Source of the DNA: a virus
Lineage: Duplodnaviria > Caudoviricetes
DNA: 55,665 nucleotides
IMG/VR virus record: IMGVR_UViG_3300030098_002838
Location: 1 to 55,665 of that record
Direction: 5' to 3' (one strand)
Below, one piece after another: positions 1 through 9,891 of the stretch (positions within the stretch are counted from its first letter, which is position 1; every line of letters begins with the position of its first letter). The translations under genes and the position numbers were made by a program. The notes under the pieces were generated by a model, which had not been told where the DNA came from, did not search any database, and saw nothing but the letters and a program-made list of their open reading frames with translations.

Positions 1-108
1 AATTTAGCACTTGTTGATAAGATTTTTGGATTAACAGAAGGAAATCATTTAAAAACAGATGATATGCTTTTAAAAGAACTTCGTTCAATGATTCCAGAGC
101 AAATTATT
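1..108. repeat. Terminal direct repeat, copy 1 (circular assembly overlap)
   Basis: 1-108 equals 55558-55665 except G99 vs A55656. Confidence 0.97.
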
Positions 109-3100
109 AATTTACCAAATGAAAAAGAATTAAGAAAACTTGCTGCTGTAGACAATGAGTATTATATTACTAGCAAAAAAACAGGTATTACAAAAGAAAT
201 TACAGAACAACAAGCATTGTCTTATTATAGGGATGCTCCTGTTCTAGGCCCGATATGGCAAGATATAAAAAAGGTTTTAAATAGTTTAAATCTTTCTTAT
301 GAAGAAAAAAATTATTCAGAATTAGATGCACCTATTGTTGTTAGTTTTTTACCAGAAGATTTACATTTTAAAATTCCAAGATTCCATGAAAAACCAAATA
401 ACCTTTCAGATAAAAAAGCTCCTCGTGAACACGAATATGTAAACGATGGAGAAAATGTAGATGAACTTTTAAGAATAACTGGCAGAGAGTCTGAGTCTGG
501 AAAAAGAGAATCAGTAAGATATTACATAGCTAAAGCTGCTAATGATGTTTTAAATGGATTAAATCAAATAAGCAAGATTACTCAAAAGGGAGCTGTTACT
601 CCAACTGGTAATTTGTGGGATGAATCTGCTTATAATAAATCAAAAGAACATTTTGAAAGTGCTTATGATAATTTAAAAAATGCATATAGTATATCTTTAG
701 AAGATTTTGTAAAGGCTATGTTTAGAGCTTTAAAGAAAATACCTGCAGAGTTTAGAGATAGAGTAAGAGAGTTTTTATTAAAATGGGCTAGAGAAAAAGA
801 TTCTGGAATAGATAACAAAGTTAATACTAGAAATGCTTCTATAGGTATTATTGAGTTAATGGGATTATCAGGTCGTAAAAGAGCAAGACTATCTAGAGAG
901 CTTATTGATTCTGGAACTATGGATAGAATAGTTGATTCAATGCTTAATAGAAGTTCAGAGTCTGATAGTTTATCTAGAGAAGGAACAGAGTTAGAGGATT
1001 CTTCAGATGCAGAAGAAGTATCAAATGATTTAGCTTTTTGGACTGAATCTTATGATTTTAGAAATGAACAATTTTTTAATTTCTTAGAAGAGTCTGATTC
1101 AAAAGGTTGGTTAACTAAAAAACAAGTTGCTACTTTAATGGAGATTGTATTAACTGGAGATAAAAATCTTTTTATGTCTCATATATTAGGAGAATATAAT
1201 TTTGCTCCAGATACAATTGAAAAAAGTAATATGGCTCAAAGTTTCTGGGTAAAAAATCAAGAAATTAATAGAATTACTGGTTCAGAAAAACCATCTTGGT
1301 GGTATGCTAATTTAGATGAAACTGGAAACAGACCAAAAGGCAGAAGTTCTAAGAAAAAATTAATACCTAAAGTTGGTGGTTCTCCTATATATGGTAAAGA
1401 TATTAGAAGCAATAAAGACTTACCAAGTACATATGTTGTATCATTTGCTGATTGGGCATTAAAGAAAAATCCCTATATGGGAGAAGAAATAAAAATATCA
1501 AGAATATATTTAAATGATATAGTTGATGTTTGGAAAGGCGAAAAAGACGATAGTGGTAGTAAATACTTTGGTAAGCAAGCATGGATTGATTTAGGTAGAG
1601 GAAAAGAATCATTAGTTCGTAAATGGGATAATGAATTTGCAGCTGGTGTAAAAGATTCAAAAGGAAATGTAGTTGTAAGAACCGTTGTTGAAATAAAAGC
1701 AGGTGGTAGTAATCCTTCTTTTGTTGTTGCTAGAGTTCCAGAATTTGTATTAGAGTTTTCAAATGATATGGAAGCTGTTAAAGGATATTTTGATACAGAA
1801 GTTGAAATGGGTAATATGACAAGAGAAATGTCTAAAAACTATATCACATCTATTAAAGAATCAAATGCAGTTGATGGCGTTGGCAATAGATATGCAGCTG
1901 CTCAACATATTACTATGCATGAAGTAATGAAAAGAACACATGGTTCAGAATACTTAATGAGAACAGATGATATATTGCATCATTCTAGAAGAGCTCAAAT
2001 ATCTTATGCAGAAGGAGTTGTTCCAATTGGAGTTGGTTCTCATACGATTAAAATACTAGACCAATCAAAAACATTTATTGTTACTCCAGATGGAAGAACA
2101 GAACCAATGGTAGAATATATTGCAGGCTTAGCAGGTAGAAGTAGAAGTGATGGTGCATCTTTAGTTGAAACAGAACACTTAGATAGTATTGCTAAAAGTT
2201 TAGGAAGAGAACCAATTCAAGGTGGAACTCCATTAAGAGAAGTAAAAAGTGTTGTTTGGTTTAATAGTAGAGAAGATGATTTTAGTAAAAACAATTATCC
2301 TTCTAAAGATTTTAGAGGCTCTGAAGTCTGGGAAGGTGTTCATTATTTAGCATTAAAGCATAATGATTTTGTTATAGACGAGGGATTAAAGTTTGTAGAT
2401 GCAAATGGAAATGTTCTTGCTTACAGTGTTAAAGAAAACAACCATATAAGAATATATGATGGAGATGATAATAGAATTACTAGATTGTCTACATTAGATG
2501 AAGCAAAAGAACCAGATGGTGGTTCTGGAAGTTTTAAATTAAATGGTAGAGTTGCTACTAATGTTCTTACACTACCAGAAGAATCATTGCGTGTTATTAA
2601 GATGCCTAATCAAAGACCTAAGAATAGCGCAGCTTTTCCATTTAGTTGGTTAAGTAAATTATATGAACCAGAATTTGAAAATCTAAGATTAGAAATAGAA
2701 AAAAGATTATTAAATATTGCAAGAGCAAACGTACAAGCAATGTATGATGCTAGAAAAAACCCAGAAGTAATGGCTGCTTTATTTGGTCAAATGAAATCTG
2801 ATAATACTGTCTTTATGAAAGAAACAGATGCTCTTATTGAACCTATTCCAGGCCAGATAATTGGAGATGGTCATATGCATCCACATCTTATTAAAGGGCA
2901 TATAGAACCAGTTAAAAACAAATTAATTGGGCAGAATGCTTATGGTGGTAGGCGTAGAGGATTTGGTAATTATCCTGTTATTAAATCTGATATAGATGGT
3001 GTTAAAGTATCTTCTTATGATGGTGTTGCTATAAGTGAAGATGATGCTACAATGACAAACTTTATTAAGCAAAAGTTAAATTTAGATAGAAGTTTAAGAG

Positions 3101-4989
3101 GAGAAGATTTACAACAAGCATTTAAGGAAAGTGTTAGGGGAAGAAGACCAATATATATATTAGCAGGTAGACACCCAGCTTATAATCTAAGTAGTTCTGT
3201 TCAAGTTAAAGTAGAAAATATAGTTCCATCTGGACATGGTAATGTAGTTTGGTTTCATCCAGACATGGTATCTGGGCCTTTACAGGCAGACCAAGATGGT
3301 GATAATAGTTTTCTTCATGTTATGTATTTTGGTGAAGGATTTTCTGATGAAACAATTCCTAGACTTATGTCGCAATCGAAAGAAGCCTTTAAAGAAAAAG
3401 AGGTGTATTCTAGAGTTGAGATATTTAAAAAGAAAGATAGAAATTTAAAAGTCAATTCTAAATCAGATATGTATAAAGCATCTCAAATGATTGGAACTGG
3501 TATAAATGCTCAAGGTGTAGCAACAAACGCTGTTACATTCTTTGAAGATATGCATTACAAGGGATTTAAAGCTACAATAGGTGGTCAATCTATTATTGCT
3601 AGAGACCCCCATAAAGATATGGTTCTTATGGATTATGCTCCTTTGAATGATGATATATCACAAGAATATCTTGATGATTTGAATCTTGGTAAATTGGTTA
3701 ATAAAAATGGTGAAACATGGGTTAGTGGAGATAAATATTTAATGACAAGTCCTAGTAAAGAATTGGGATTAATTTTACAAGGAGCTGTTGACCATGTAAA
3801 AGAATTATTATTGCATGATTGGAAATATGGTGGATATGATTTCCTTATCCCTAAGATGTTTGTACAAGACACAGGAGCTCCTATAGGTCAAAAACAATCT
3901 AGAACAATAGCAAGGTTATTAAGAAAAGAACTTACTTATGGCGGATTAAGACATGGTAGAGACCCAGATTCAAGAAGGTCTAAATCTATAGAGTCTATGT
4001 TTGATGATAGTAAAAAAATGTATGATTTAAATCAAATGCTTGGTAAAGCAAGGGGAACAGAAATTGCTAAAAGAGCAAACAATAGAAGAGTAAAGAATGG
4101 TGAAAATAGCAGAATGGCTCGAGAAACATTACCTATTGAAAAACTAGAGTTTAATAATAATCTTACTACATTAGAAAAATTAATTGCTGTTCCTCATGAA
4201 GTAACTGTTAAGTATCAAAAAGAAAATCCAAAAGATATAGTATATAATCACCCGTGGGGTTATGCACCAAATAGAATAGTAAATGCAATAACAGCTACTC
4301 AAAAAGAACTTTTAGCTATGCAAAAAACTGAACAACTTTGGTATCCAGAAACTAAAGAATGGAAATCAAAGAAAAACGAAGCAATTGCATTTATTAATCA
4401 ATTAGCTACTGAGTTTTATGGAATAGCAAGAAGACAAGAAATATTTGATGATGCAATGTCAGATTCTTTAACATCTGCTAGTTACCCATATGCTGATGAA
4501 ATAATAGATTTAGTGGAAAAATGGTACAATGAAGGCGATAAAAAAAGAAAGATAAAGGCATTTAAGGATTTAGATGAACAGCAACAAGCATACGCTACAT
4601 TAAAGTTTTTAAGGGGAACTGAGCCTCAAATGAAACAGATAAGAGAAGGTGTTAAAGTTCGAGCAACAAAGATTATTAAAACGATGGTTAAAGTATCTGA
4701 AAGAATTGCTGAAGAAAAATCAGAAGGACAAAAAGAGCATTTAAGAAAAAGTTATAATAAACTTAGGGATGATTTAGATAAGCTTACAACAGTTACAACT
4801 ATTAATAAACAACCTAGATTAAGGAATATAGAAGCAATACTCCCAAGACAATTAATGCACCCTGGCGTTTGGTCTGAGTTTATAAATAGATTTGGCCCGA
4901 ACCTTAGAAAAGCATCTGATAAAGCTGTTAAATTAAGAATGAGAAGAGAACTTGGTATTAACGAACTTATTACAAAGGATTGTCCATAA
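1..4989 (+). CDS. Giant virion polyprotein, C-terminal part: single-chain two-barrel (double-psi beta-barrel) DNA-dependent RNA polymerase
   Basis: SDGASLV (2146), ALKH (2350), AGRHP (3163), ADQDGD (3286-3303), GVATN (3514) and AVDHVK (3784) occur in the order seen in YonO, QDE-1-like RdRP and crAss virion RNAP. Confidence 0.85.
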   Translation, partial: NLALVDKIFGLTEGNHLKTDDMLLKELRSMIPEQIINLPNEKELRKLAAVDNEYYITSKKTGITKEITEQQALSYYRDAPVLGPIWQDIKKVLNSLNLSYEEKNYSELDAPIVVSFLPEDLHFKIPRFHEKPNNLSDKKAPREHEYVNDGENVDELLRITGRESESGKRESVRYYIAKAANDVLNGLNQISKITQKGAVTPTGNLWDESAYNKSKEHFESAYDNLKNAYSISLEDFVKAMFRALKKIPAEFRDRVREFLLKWAREKDSGIDNKVNTRNASIGIIELMGLSGRKRARLSRELIDSGTMDRIVDSMLNRSSESDSLSREGTELEDSSDAEEVSNDLAFWTESYDFRNEQFFNFLEESDSKGWLTKKQVATLMEIVLTGDKNLFMSHILGEYNFAPDTIEKSNMAQSFWVKNQEINRITGSEKPSWWYANLDETGNRPKGRSSKKKLIPKVGGSPIYGKDIRSNKDLPSTYVVSFADWALKKNPYMGEEIKISRIYLNDIVDVWKGEKDDSGSKYFGKQAWIDLGRGKESLVRKWDNEFAAGVKDSKGNVVVRTVVEIKAGGSNPSFVVARVPEFVLEFSNDMEAVKGYFDTEVEMGNMTREMSKNYITSIKESNAVDGVGNRYAAAQHITMHEVMKRTHGSEYLMRTDDILHHSRRAQISYAEGVVPIGVGSHTIKILDQSKTFIVTPDGRTEPMVEYIAGLAGRSRSDGASLVETEHLDSIAKSLGREPIQGGTPLREVKSVVWFNSREDDFSKNNYPSKDFRGSEVWEGVHYLALKHNDFVIDEGLKFVDANGNVLAYSVKENNHIRIYDGDDNRITRLSTLDEAKEPDGGSGSFKLNGRVATNVLTLPEESLRVIKMPNQRPKNSAAFPFSWLSKLYEPEFENLRLEIEKRLLNIARANVQAMYDARKNPEVMAALFGQMKSDNTVFMKETDALIEPIPGQIIGDGHMHPHLIKGHIEPVKNKLIGQNAYGGRRRGFGNYPVIKSDIDGVKVSSYDGVAISEDDATMTNFIKQKLNLDRSLRGEDLQQAFKESVRGRRPIYILAGRHPAYNLSSSVQVKVENIVPSGHGNVVWFHPDMVSGPLQADQDGDNSFLHVMYFGEGFSDETIPRLMSQSKEAFKEKEVYSRVEIFKKKDRNLKVNSKSDMYKASQMIGTGINAQGVATNAVTFFEDMHYKGFKATIGGQSIIARDPHKDMVLMDYAPLNDDISQEYLDDLNLGKLVNKNGETWVSGDKYLMTSPSKELGLILQGAVDHVKELLLHDWKYGGYDFLIPKMFVQDTGAPIGQKQSRTIARLLRKELTYGGLRHGRDPDSRRSKSIESMFDDSKKMYDLNQMLGKARGTEIAKRANNRRVKNGENSRMARETLPIEKLEFNNNLTTLEKLIAVPHEVTVKYQKENPKDIVYNHPWGYAPNRIVNAITATQKELLAMQKTEQLWYPETKEWKSKKNEAIAFINQLATEFYGIARRQEIFDDAMSDSLTSASYPYADEIIDLVEKWYNEGDKKRKIKAFKDLDEQQQAYATLKFLRGTEPQMKQIREGVKVRATKIIKTMVKVSERIAEEKSEGQKEHLRKSYNKLRDDLDKLTTVTTINKQPRLRNIEAILPRQLMHPGVWSEFINRFGPNLRKASDKAVKLRMRRELGINELITKDCP

Positions 4990-7900
4990 TGTTAGGCCCG
5001 ACAAATTGCGATGTTAAAAAACTTTATACTCAACTTGATAAGGAAATGTATAATGATGTTTTAGATAGAATTGATATGGGAATACAGGACATGATAGAAG
5101 CTCCTGTTATAGAAATACAAGAAGGAATAAAAGAGCAGCTTAATCAAATATTAAAACCAGCTGAAAGAAGATTATTAAAAAGAGAATTAAAAAGAGAAGA
5201 AGATAGATATAAAGAGCATCAAACACTTTATAAGTTTTTAGAAAAATCAAGTGAAGATATGTTTAGAGATGTTGAAATTTTTGTTGTACCAGAAGACTTT
5301 GTAGAAACTAGGATATTTCAAATAAGAGAGTTTTTTGCACAAGCATTTAATGAATTACCTTTTGCAAATAAAAAAGATTTAATGAACTCTGGATTAAACA
5401 ACAGAAGAGATTGGGATGCTGGTAAAATTAGAGCAATAAGAAAAAGAATAGTAACATCTCATAATAAATATTTTAAAAGAGGTAAAGGCACAGATAAGCT
5501 AACAAACTATGAAAACACAATAAAAGGCTCTATGAAAATGGCACTTGATTTAGACCAAACTGGAGCAGCAGCTAAACTTTTATCTATGTCAAAAGGTATG
5601 CTTGATTCTTATTTGCAAGCTCAATATAAATGGATAGAAGGATACTTAGCAGGTGGTGAATATTCAGAATTGAATTTAACTGCTATAGACAATCAAATTA
5701 CAGCAGCTGCTCAAAAAGGTGATATATCTGAGCAAAATTTAAAGCCTATTCAAAAAACAAAAGTAGCTGTTAGATTATTTGAAGAACTTGTGCATAGTGA
5801 AGTTAGAAACATTATACCTCAAAATATACCAACAACATTAGCAGAATTTAATAAATGGAGAAACTCTTGGTTAGGTAAAAAGTTTTTTGAAATGCAAAAA
5901 TTTCAATCTGAAAGACATCAAATGGGTGTAAGTGGAGCTGAATATGTTTTAATTCCACTTCATGTTGACAAAGAAGGTGTTAATGTATTAAGAAACATAA
6001 GAAAACAAGATATTGCTGATGGTAGAATTGCTAAAGATGAAGACCCTGGAAAGTTTGAAAATGCTTATATAGCATATAGAGTACCAGAGGATTTTAATTC
6101 ATTCTTATCTGACATAAGAACAAAGAAAAAAATATCTGAACAATCATTAGAAAAACATTTGCTTGACAATGAAGTAGAAGAAGGTTTTTATACTGCTGGT
6201 GATGATGCTGTTTTTGATTATGAATTTATAGAAGGAACTAATACTCCAAAGAAAAAATATACATCTTTTAATAGGGGTGTAGATTATATGGGAGAATTTA
6301 ATTACCAACCTCCATCAGAATGGATGCCGGGAATATGGAATGCATTAGAAGACCAAAGAAAATTTGCTGAATTATTTTGGAAAGATATTGTTATTAATGA
6401 AACTGCTCTTCTTAATAATGAAATGAAATCATGGGAGCCTAAGCTTCTTTCTCAACTTGCAAATGCTGGATATGACCCAGAGATGATAAAAGAATTAATT
6501 ACTATGGTTGAAAATATGGGCATAGAAAATAATTTTTGGCAAGATGGTCAAGGCAACTATGTTTCTGCAAATACATTAGCAAGAAAAGCATCTAGATTTA
6601 GTTACGGGCCTATTTCTTATTTTCCAGCTGATAAAAAATCAATGATGAGAGAAGCTATAGATGGTATAGAAACTAAAATAGAAAATATTGAAGCAAGTAT
6701 ATCTCTATATGAAAACATACTTAATGGTGAAAATGTTCCAGAAGATGAAATTTATGAAGCAGAACAAAGTATTGAAATAGGCGAAGCAAGACTAGAAGAA
6801 CTAAATGAAGCTCTTGACGCAATAAACAATTTGTTATTTGGAGACCCAGACACTCATGAAGGTAGAGAAAAGTTAAAAACATCTCAAAGAATATTAAATA
6901 CAAAACACAGGTCTTTGTTTGCAGATAAAAAACGAAGAATAAAAGACAGAAGTGTTTGGAGAAAATATGTTACTGATGTATTTAGAGCAAATGAATCCAG
7001 TAAATTGAGAATACAAGGATATAAAACTCTTTTTGCTTTACGCAATTCTCCAAGCTTACTTAAATATTTAATTAATGAAGTAAGAAATTCTGTAGGAGAA
7101 CCATTTACTGATGCTGGATTTATGGGATTTGATTGGACTGAAGAAAATATTGCAGAATTATGGCCAGGTGAAGCCACACCAGAAGATGTAAGAGCTCTTG
7201 GGTTGTTTGTAAGGGGTTGGAAAACTGGTGCAAACTTAGGTATGTGGACTTCATTTACAAATAATTTTCAAAGAATTACTCCATTTTTAAATTATGGTAT
7301 AGAACCAATGATGGAATCATTTAGAGCATTAAGAGATGGAGACCCAAGAAGTGGTGCGACATCTGAAGAATTATTAGCACAAGTTAGAGAGACTGGTGTT
7401 TTAGAGCCTGCTAATGCAATGATTGATATGTTAGTAATGGGAATAGGTGGTATAGAAACTGATTATTTAGAAGGACTTCTTCCAATAAGAGATATGATGG
7501 CTTTGTGGAAAAATACAACTTTAAATGGTTGGTTAGCTAGTAGTAAAGGTTGGAATAATATATTAGCAAGAGCAAGGGGAAGGTCTGAAGGAGAAAAGAT
7601 TCAAGTAGAAGAATTAATTAGAATAAAAACCTTACTTTGGGAATTTATGCACCATGATAAAGGAAATAAAAAAGAATTAAAAAGAATGCTTAGAGATGCT
7701 AAAATAGGATTGAGGCAATCATATATAAACAGATTAGTGCATTGGAAAATATCATGGTTCCCAGCTGGTGCTAAAATTTTTACGTTAAAGGGTGGCGAAG
7801 AACAAATGAGAGCTGAAGTAGCTGTAATGGGATTTTTTAAAGCAGACGATTTAGGAAGAGTTGCTAAGCCAGCAAATAGAAAATGGAAGTACACAGATTC

Positions 7901-8666
7901 TCAAGACGCTGTTGATATGGCAAGGCTTTATGTTTATGCTAATTTATTTGGTATGAACTCACCTCATTTACCTAAAATGTTTAGAGGTGCTTTTGGAGCA
8001 ACTACTTTTCAATGGAGACCTTATGATTATTTTCAAACACAAGAAGACCATAGAAAATTTAAAAATGCAATATTAGCATCTCCATCAGAAAGTCCCATTC
8101 TTGGAGGAATGGCTTTAGTTCCTAGATTAATGTTGCATATAATGAAAAAAGGAATACGAGCACCGGGACTTATTTCTGAAACATATGACAAAAAATTTAT
8201 AAAATGGATTGATAGTATTGTTCCACTAGAAAAAAAGTGGGATGATAAAATGTTAGATGATTTAGTAAACTTTTTATTAATAAGAGGAACTGCATCTGTA
8301 TTAGCAACGACTATGTTTTATAGTAATGTTGGCTATGGAGCATGGAGAACATTAAATCAAACTGCTAGAATGGCTGGTTTAAGAAATCCAATGAGTCAAA
8401 GAGCTATATTTGGATTAGAAAGTCCTCTTATATCAAGAAGTTTACACGCACTTATGTTAGCATTACTAACAGCTAAAGTAATAACAGCCGATGATGAAGA
8501 AGTTTATGAAGATGTAGTTCGTGATTATGCGCCTGCATTTTGGTTTACAATATTTATATGGATGATGGATTTTGAAAAGAATTTTTCAAGAGGATTAAAA
8601 ACATGGTTACCAAGTCCACTTAGAGAAACAGCTCCAAAAATTATAGATGGATATTTTGATAACTAG
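4989..8666 (+). CDS. Large internal virion/ejection protein (~1225 aa)
   Basis: ATG overlaps the RNAP stop (TAATG); helical, with hydrophobic C-terminal segments; last gene of the late arm. Confidence 0.6.
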   Translation: MLGPTNCDVKKLYTQLDKEMYNDVLDRIDMGIQDMIEAPVIEIQEGIKEQLNQILKPAERRLLKRELKREEDRYKEHQTLYKFLEKSSEDMFRDVEIFVVPEDFVETRIFQIREFFAQAFNELPFANKKDLMNSGLNNRRDWDAGKIRAIRKRIVTSHNKYFKRGKGTDKLTNYENTIKGSMKMALDLDQTGAAAKLLSMSKGMLDSYLQAQYKWIEGYLAGGEYSELNLTAIDNQITAAAQKGDISEQNLKPIQKTKVAVRLFEELVHSEVRNIIPQNIPTTLAEFNKWRNSWLGKKFFEMQKFQSERHQMGVSGAEYVLIPLHVDKEGVNVLRNIRKQDIADGRIAKDEDPGKFENAYIAYRVPEDFNSFLSDIRTKKKISEQSLEKHLLDNEVEEGFYTAGDDAVFDYEFIEGTNTPKKKYTSFNRGVDYMGEFNYQPPSEWMPGIWNALEDQRKFAELFWKDIVINETALLNNEMKSWEPKLLSQLANAGYDPEMIKELITMVENMGIENNFWQDGQGNYVSANTLARKASRFSYGPISYFPADKKSMMREAIDGIETKIENIEASISLYENILNGENVPEDEIYEAEQSIEIGEARLEELNEALDAINNLLFGDPDTHEGREKLKTSQRILNTKHRSLFADKKRRIKDRSVWRKYVTDVFRANESSKLRIQGYKTLFALRNSPSLLKYLINEVRNSVGEPFTDAGFMGFDWTEENIAELWPGEATPEDVRALGLFVRGWKTGANLGMWTSFTNNFQRITPFLNYGIEPMMESFRALRDGDPRSGATSEELLAQVRETGVLEPANAMIDMLVMGIGGIETDYLEGLLPIRDMMALWKNTTLNGWLASSKGWNNILARARGRSEGEKIQVEELIRIKTLLWEFMHHDKGNKKELKRMLRDAKIGLRQSYINRLVHWKISWFPAGAKIFTLKGGEEQMRAEVAVMGFFKADDLGRVAKPANRKWKYTDSQDAVDMARLYVYANLFGMNSPHLPKMFRGAFGATTFQWRPYDYFQTQEDHRKFKNAILASPSESPILGGMALVPRLMLHIMKKGIRAPGLISETYDKKFIKWIDSIVPLEKKWDDKMLDDLVNFLLIRGTASVLATTMFYSNVGYGAWRTLNQTARMAGLRNPMSQRAIFGLESPLISRSLHALMLALLTAKVITADDEEVYEDVVRDYAPAFWFTIFIWMMDFEKNFSRGLKTWLPSPLRETAPKIIDGYFDN

Positions 8667-8667
8667 C

Positions 8668-8713
8668 AAAAAATAAGGCAGACACCAAAACTCGACCTGT
8701 TCTGATGCCTGCC
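8668..8713 (-). terminator. Rho-independent terminator of the minus-strand arm
   Basis: On the minus strand GGCAGGCATCAGA pairs with TTTGGTGTCTGCC (13 bp including G-U pairs), followed by TTATTTTTT, at the convergence point of the two arms. Confidence 0.75.
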
Positions 8714-8736
8714 CGTTATCCCTTAACCGAAGGAAA

Positions 8737-8838
8737 CTATCTTAGCAATATCAATATTATATCTAATTGCTTTTTCATTTCTTTTATTAATTCTCTAAGC
8801 TCCATTACTGCTTCTTTTATATCTTGTTTATTGTTCAT
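8737..8838 (-). CDS. Small hypothetical protein (33 aa)
   Basis: MNNKQDIKEAVMELREL..., overlaps the end of the upstream ORF. Confidence 0.35.
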   Translation of the reverse strand: MNNKQDIKEAVMELRELIKEMKKQLDIILILLR

Positions 8839-9055
8839 CAAATTTCATCCCAGGCCCGAATTGAAAATAAAACTTATATAATCCAATTAACATCATTTGA
8901 TTATATGGTGTAAAATTCAAACCAAACCAAACTAATCCCCCAAATAAATTTAATTCAAAGTGGAATTGTTTTAGGTATGCGGATATAGAATACATTTCTA
9001 TCTTAATTAAATATGGAATTTCAAAGTTCCACATATTTTCTTTTTCAATTTGCAT
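8828..9055 (-). CDS. Hypothetical protein
   Basis: Start moved to MQIEKEN after a GAGGA SD; aromatic-rich. Confidence 0.55.
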   Translation of the reverse strand: MQIEKENMWNFEIPYLIKIEMYSISAYLKQFHFELNLFGGLVWFGLNFTPYNQMMLIGLYKFYFQFGPGMKFDEQ

Positions 9056-9590
9056 TATTTTCCTCCTTTTGTTTAAACATTGCAAAAACATCTAGCTTTT
9101 TATCAAGACTCATATCTTCTACTGTTTCTTTTAAGTATCCATACATTGATATTATTATTGCGTCTGATGTATTTAGTGTTACTCTTTTTTTGTTTTCCAT
9201 TGGAACATTTTGTTTATCAATTACATTTTGCGCTAATGTTTTTAATCTGTGTTTTCTATTTTGTTTATCTTTTGGTAATCCTAATGGCTTCATCCATAGT
9301 TGTGGAGCAACAAGTTTGCATTCAATCTGAAACCCTTCTAGCAACCCTTGCCATATTCCATAGTTGACTCCGAATTTAAACGCACTGCTACGAGCATCTG
9401 TAGGGAAAGCGTGTACTTGCTCAAGATAGGCTATTTGGCTACCAGACCAATTGTTACATATTTCATATAATATATAATATGCATCTCTTATTGTCTTTGG
9501 ATATTTATGAAACTCTACAATGAGTCCTCTTTTACATACTGCTATTCCCCCACTTTTTCCAGGGTCTATTCCTAATATTGTTTTGCTCAT
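9045..9590 (-). CDS. RuvC-like Holliday junction resolvase
   Basis: ILGIDPGKSGG, LEQVH, FKFGVNYG, VAPQLWMK and SDAIII motifs. Confidence 0.88.
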   Translation of the reverse strand: MSKTILGIDPGKSGGIAVCKRGLIVEFHKYPKTIRDAYYILYEICNNWSGSQIAYLEQVHAFPTDARSSAFKFGVNYGIWQGLLEGFQIECKLVAPQLWMKPLGLPKDKQNRKHRLKTLAQNVIDKQNVPMENKKRVTLNTSDAIIISMYGYLKETVEDMSLDKKLDVFAMFKQKEENNAN

Positions 9591-9889
9591 TAAAAATCCT
9601 TTCTTTCTGTGTAATTATGCCTAGTTGTATACTTTTTCTTTTTGTAGTAATAATTCCTATTTATTTTAGGTTGATATTTTTCTCCAATAATTTCACCATC
9701 AAATATTTTTATTACCTCACTTGTTAATGTGTTACCAGCTTTATAACCTATAAGTGTATTATTATATTGCTTACAACCATTATCAAATGTTTCTTTAGGA
9801 ATTAATTTAGGTTTGCTACCCTGAACAATCCTGAACCAATAACAAGTTCTGTTATGCTCAAAGTAGCAACCATTACAACTTTTACGCAA
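9590..9889 (-). CDS. Hypothetical Cys-containing protein
   Basis: CxxC...C...C; translationally coupled to neighbours. Confidence 0.6.
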   Translation of the reverse strand: MRKSCNGCYFEHNRTCYWFRIVQGSKPKLIPKETFDNGCKQYNNTLIGYKAGNTLTSEVIKIFDGEIIGEKYQPKINRNYYYKKKKYTTRHNYTERKDF

Positions 9890-9891
9890 TA

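Noticed and set aside
1-108. Biological terminal repeat of the virion DNA
   Set aside because: It falls in the middle of a gene, so an assembly overlap is the simpler explanation
64-4989. 1641-aa ORF as a standalone gene starting at ATG 64
   Set aside because: The frame is open upstream through the circular junction back to 49351
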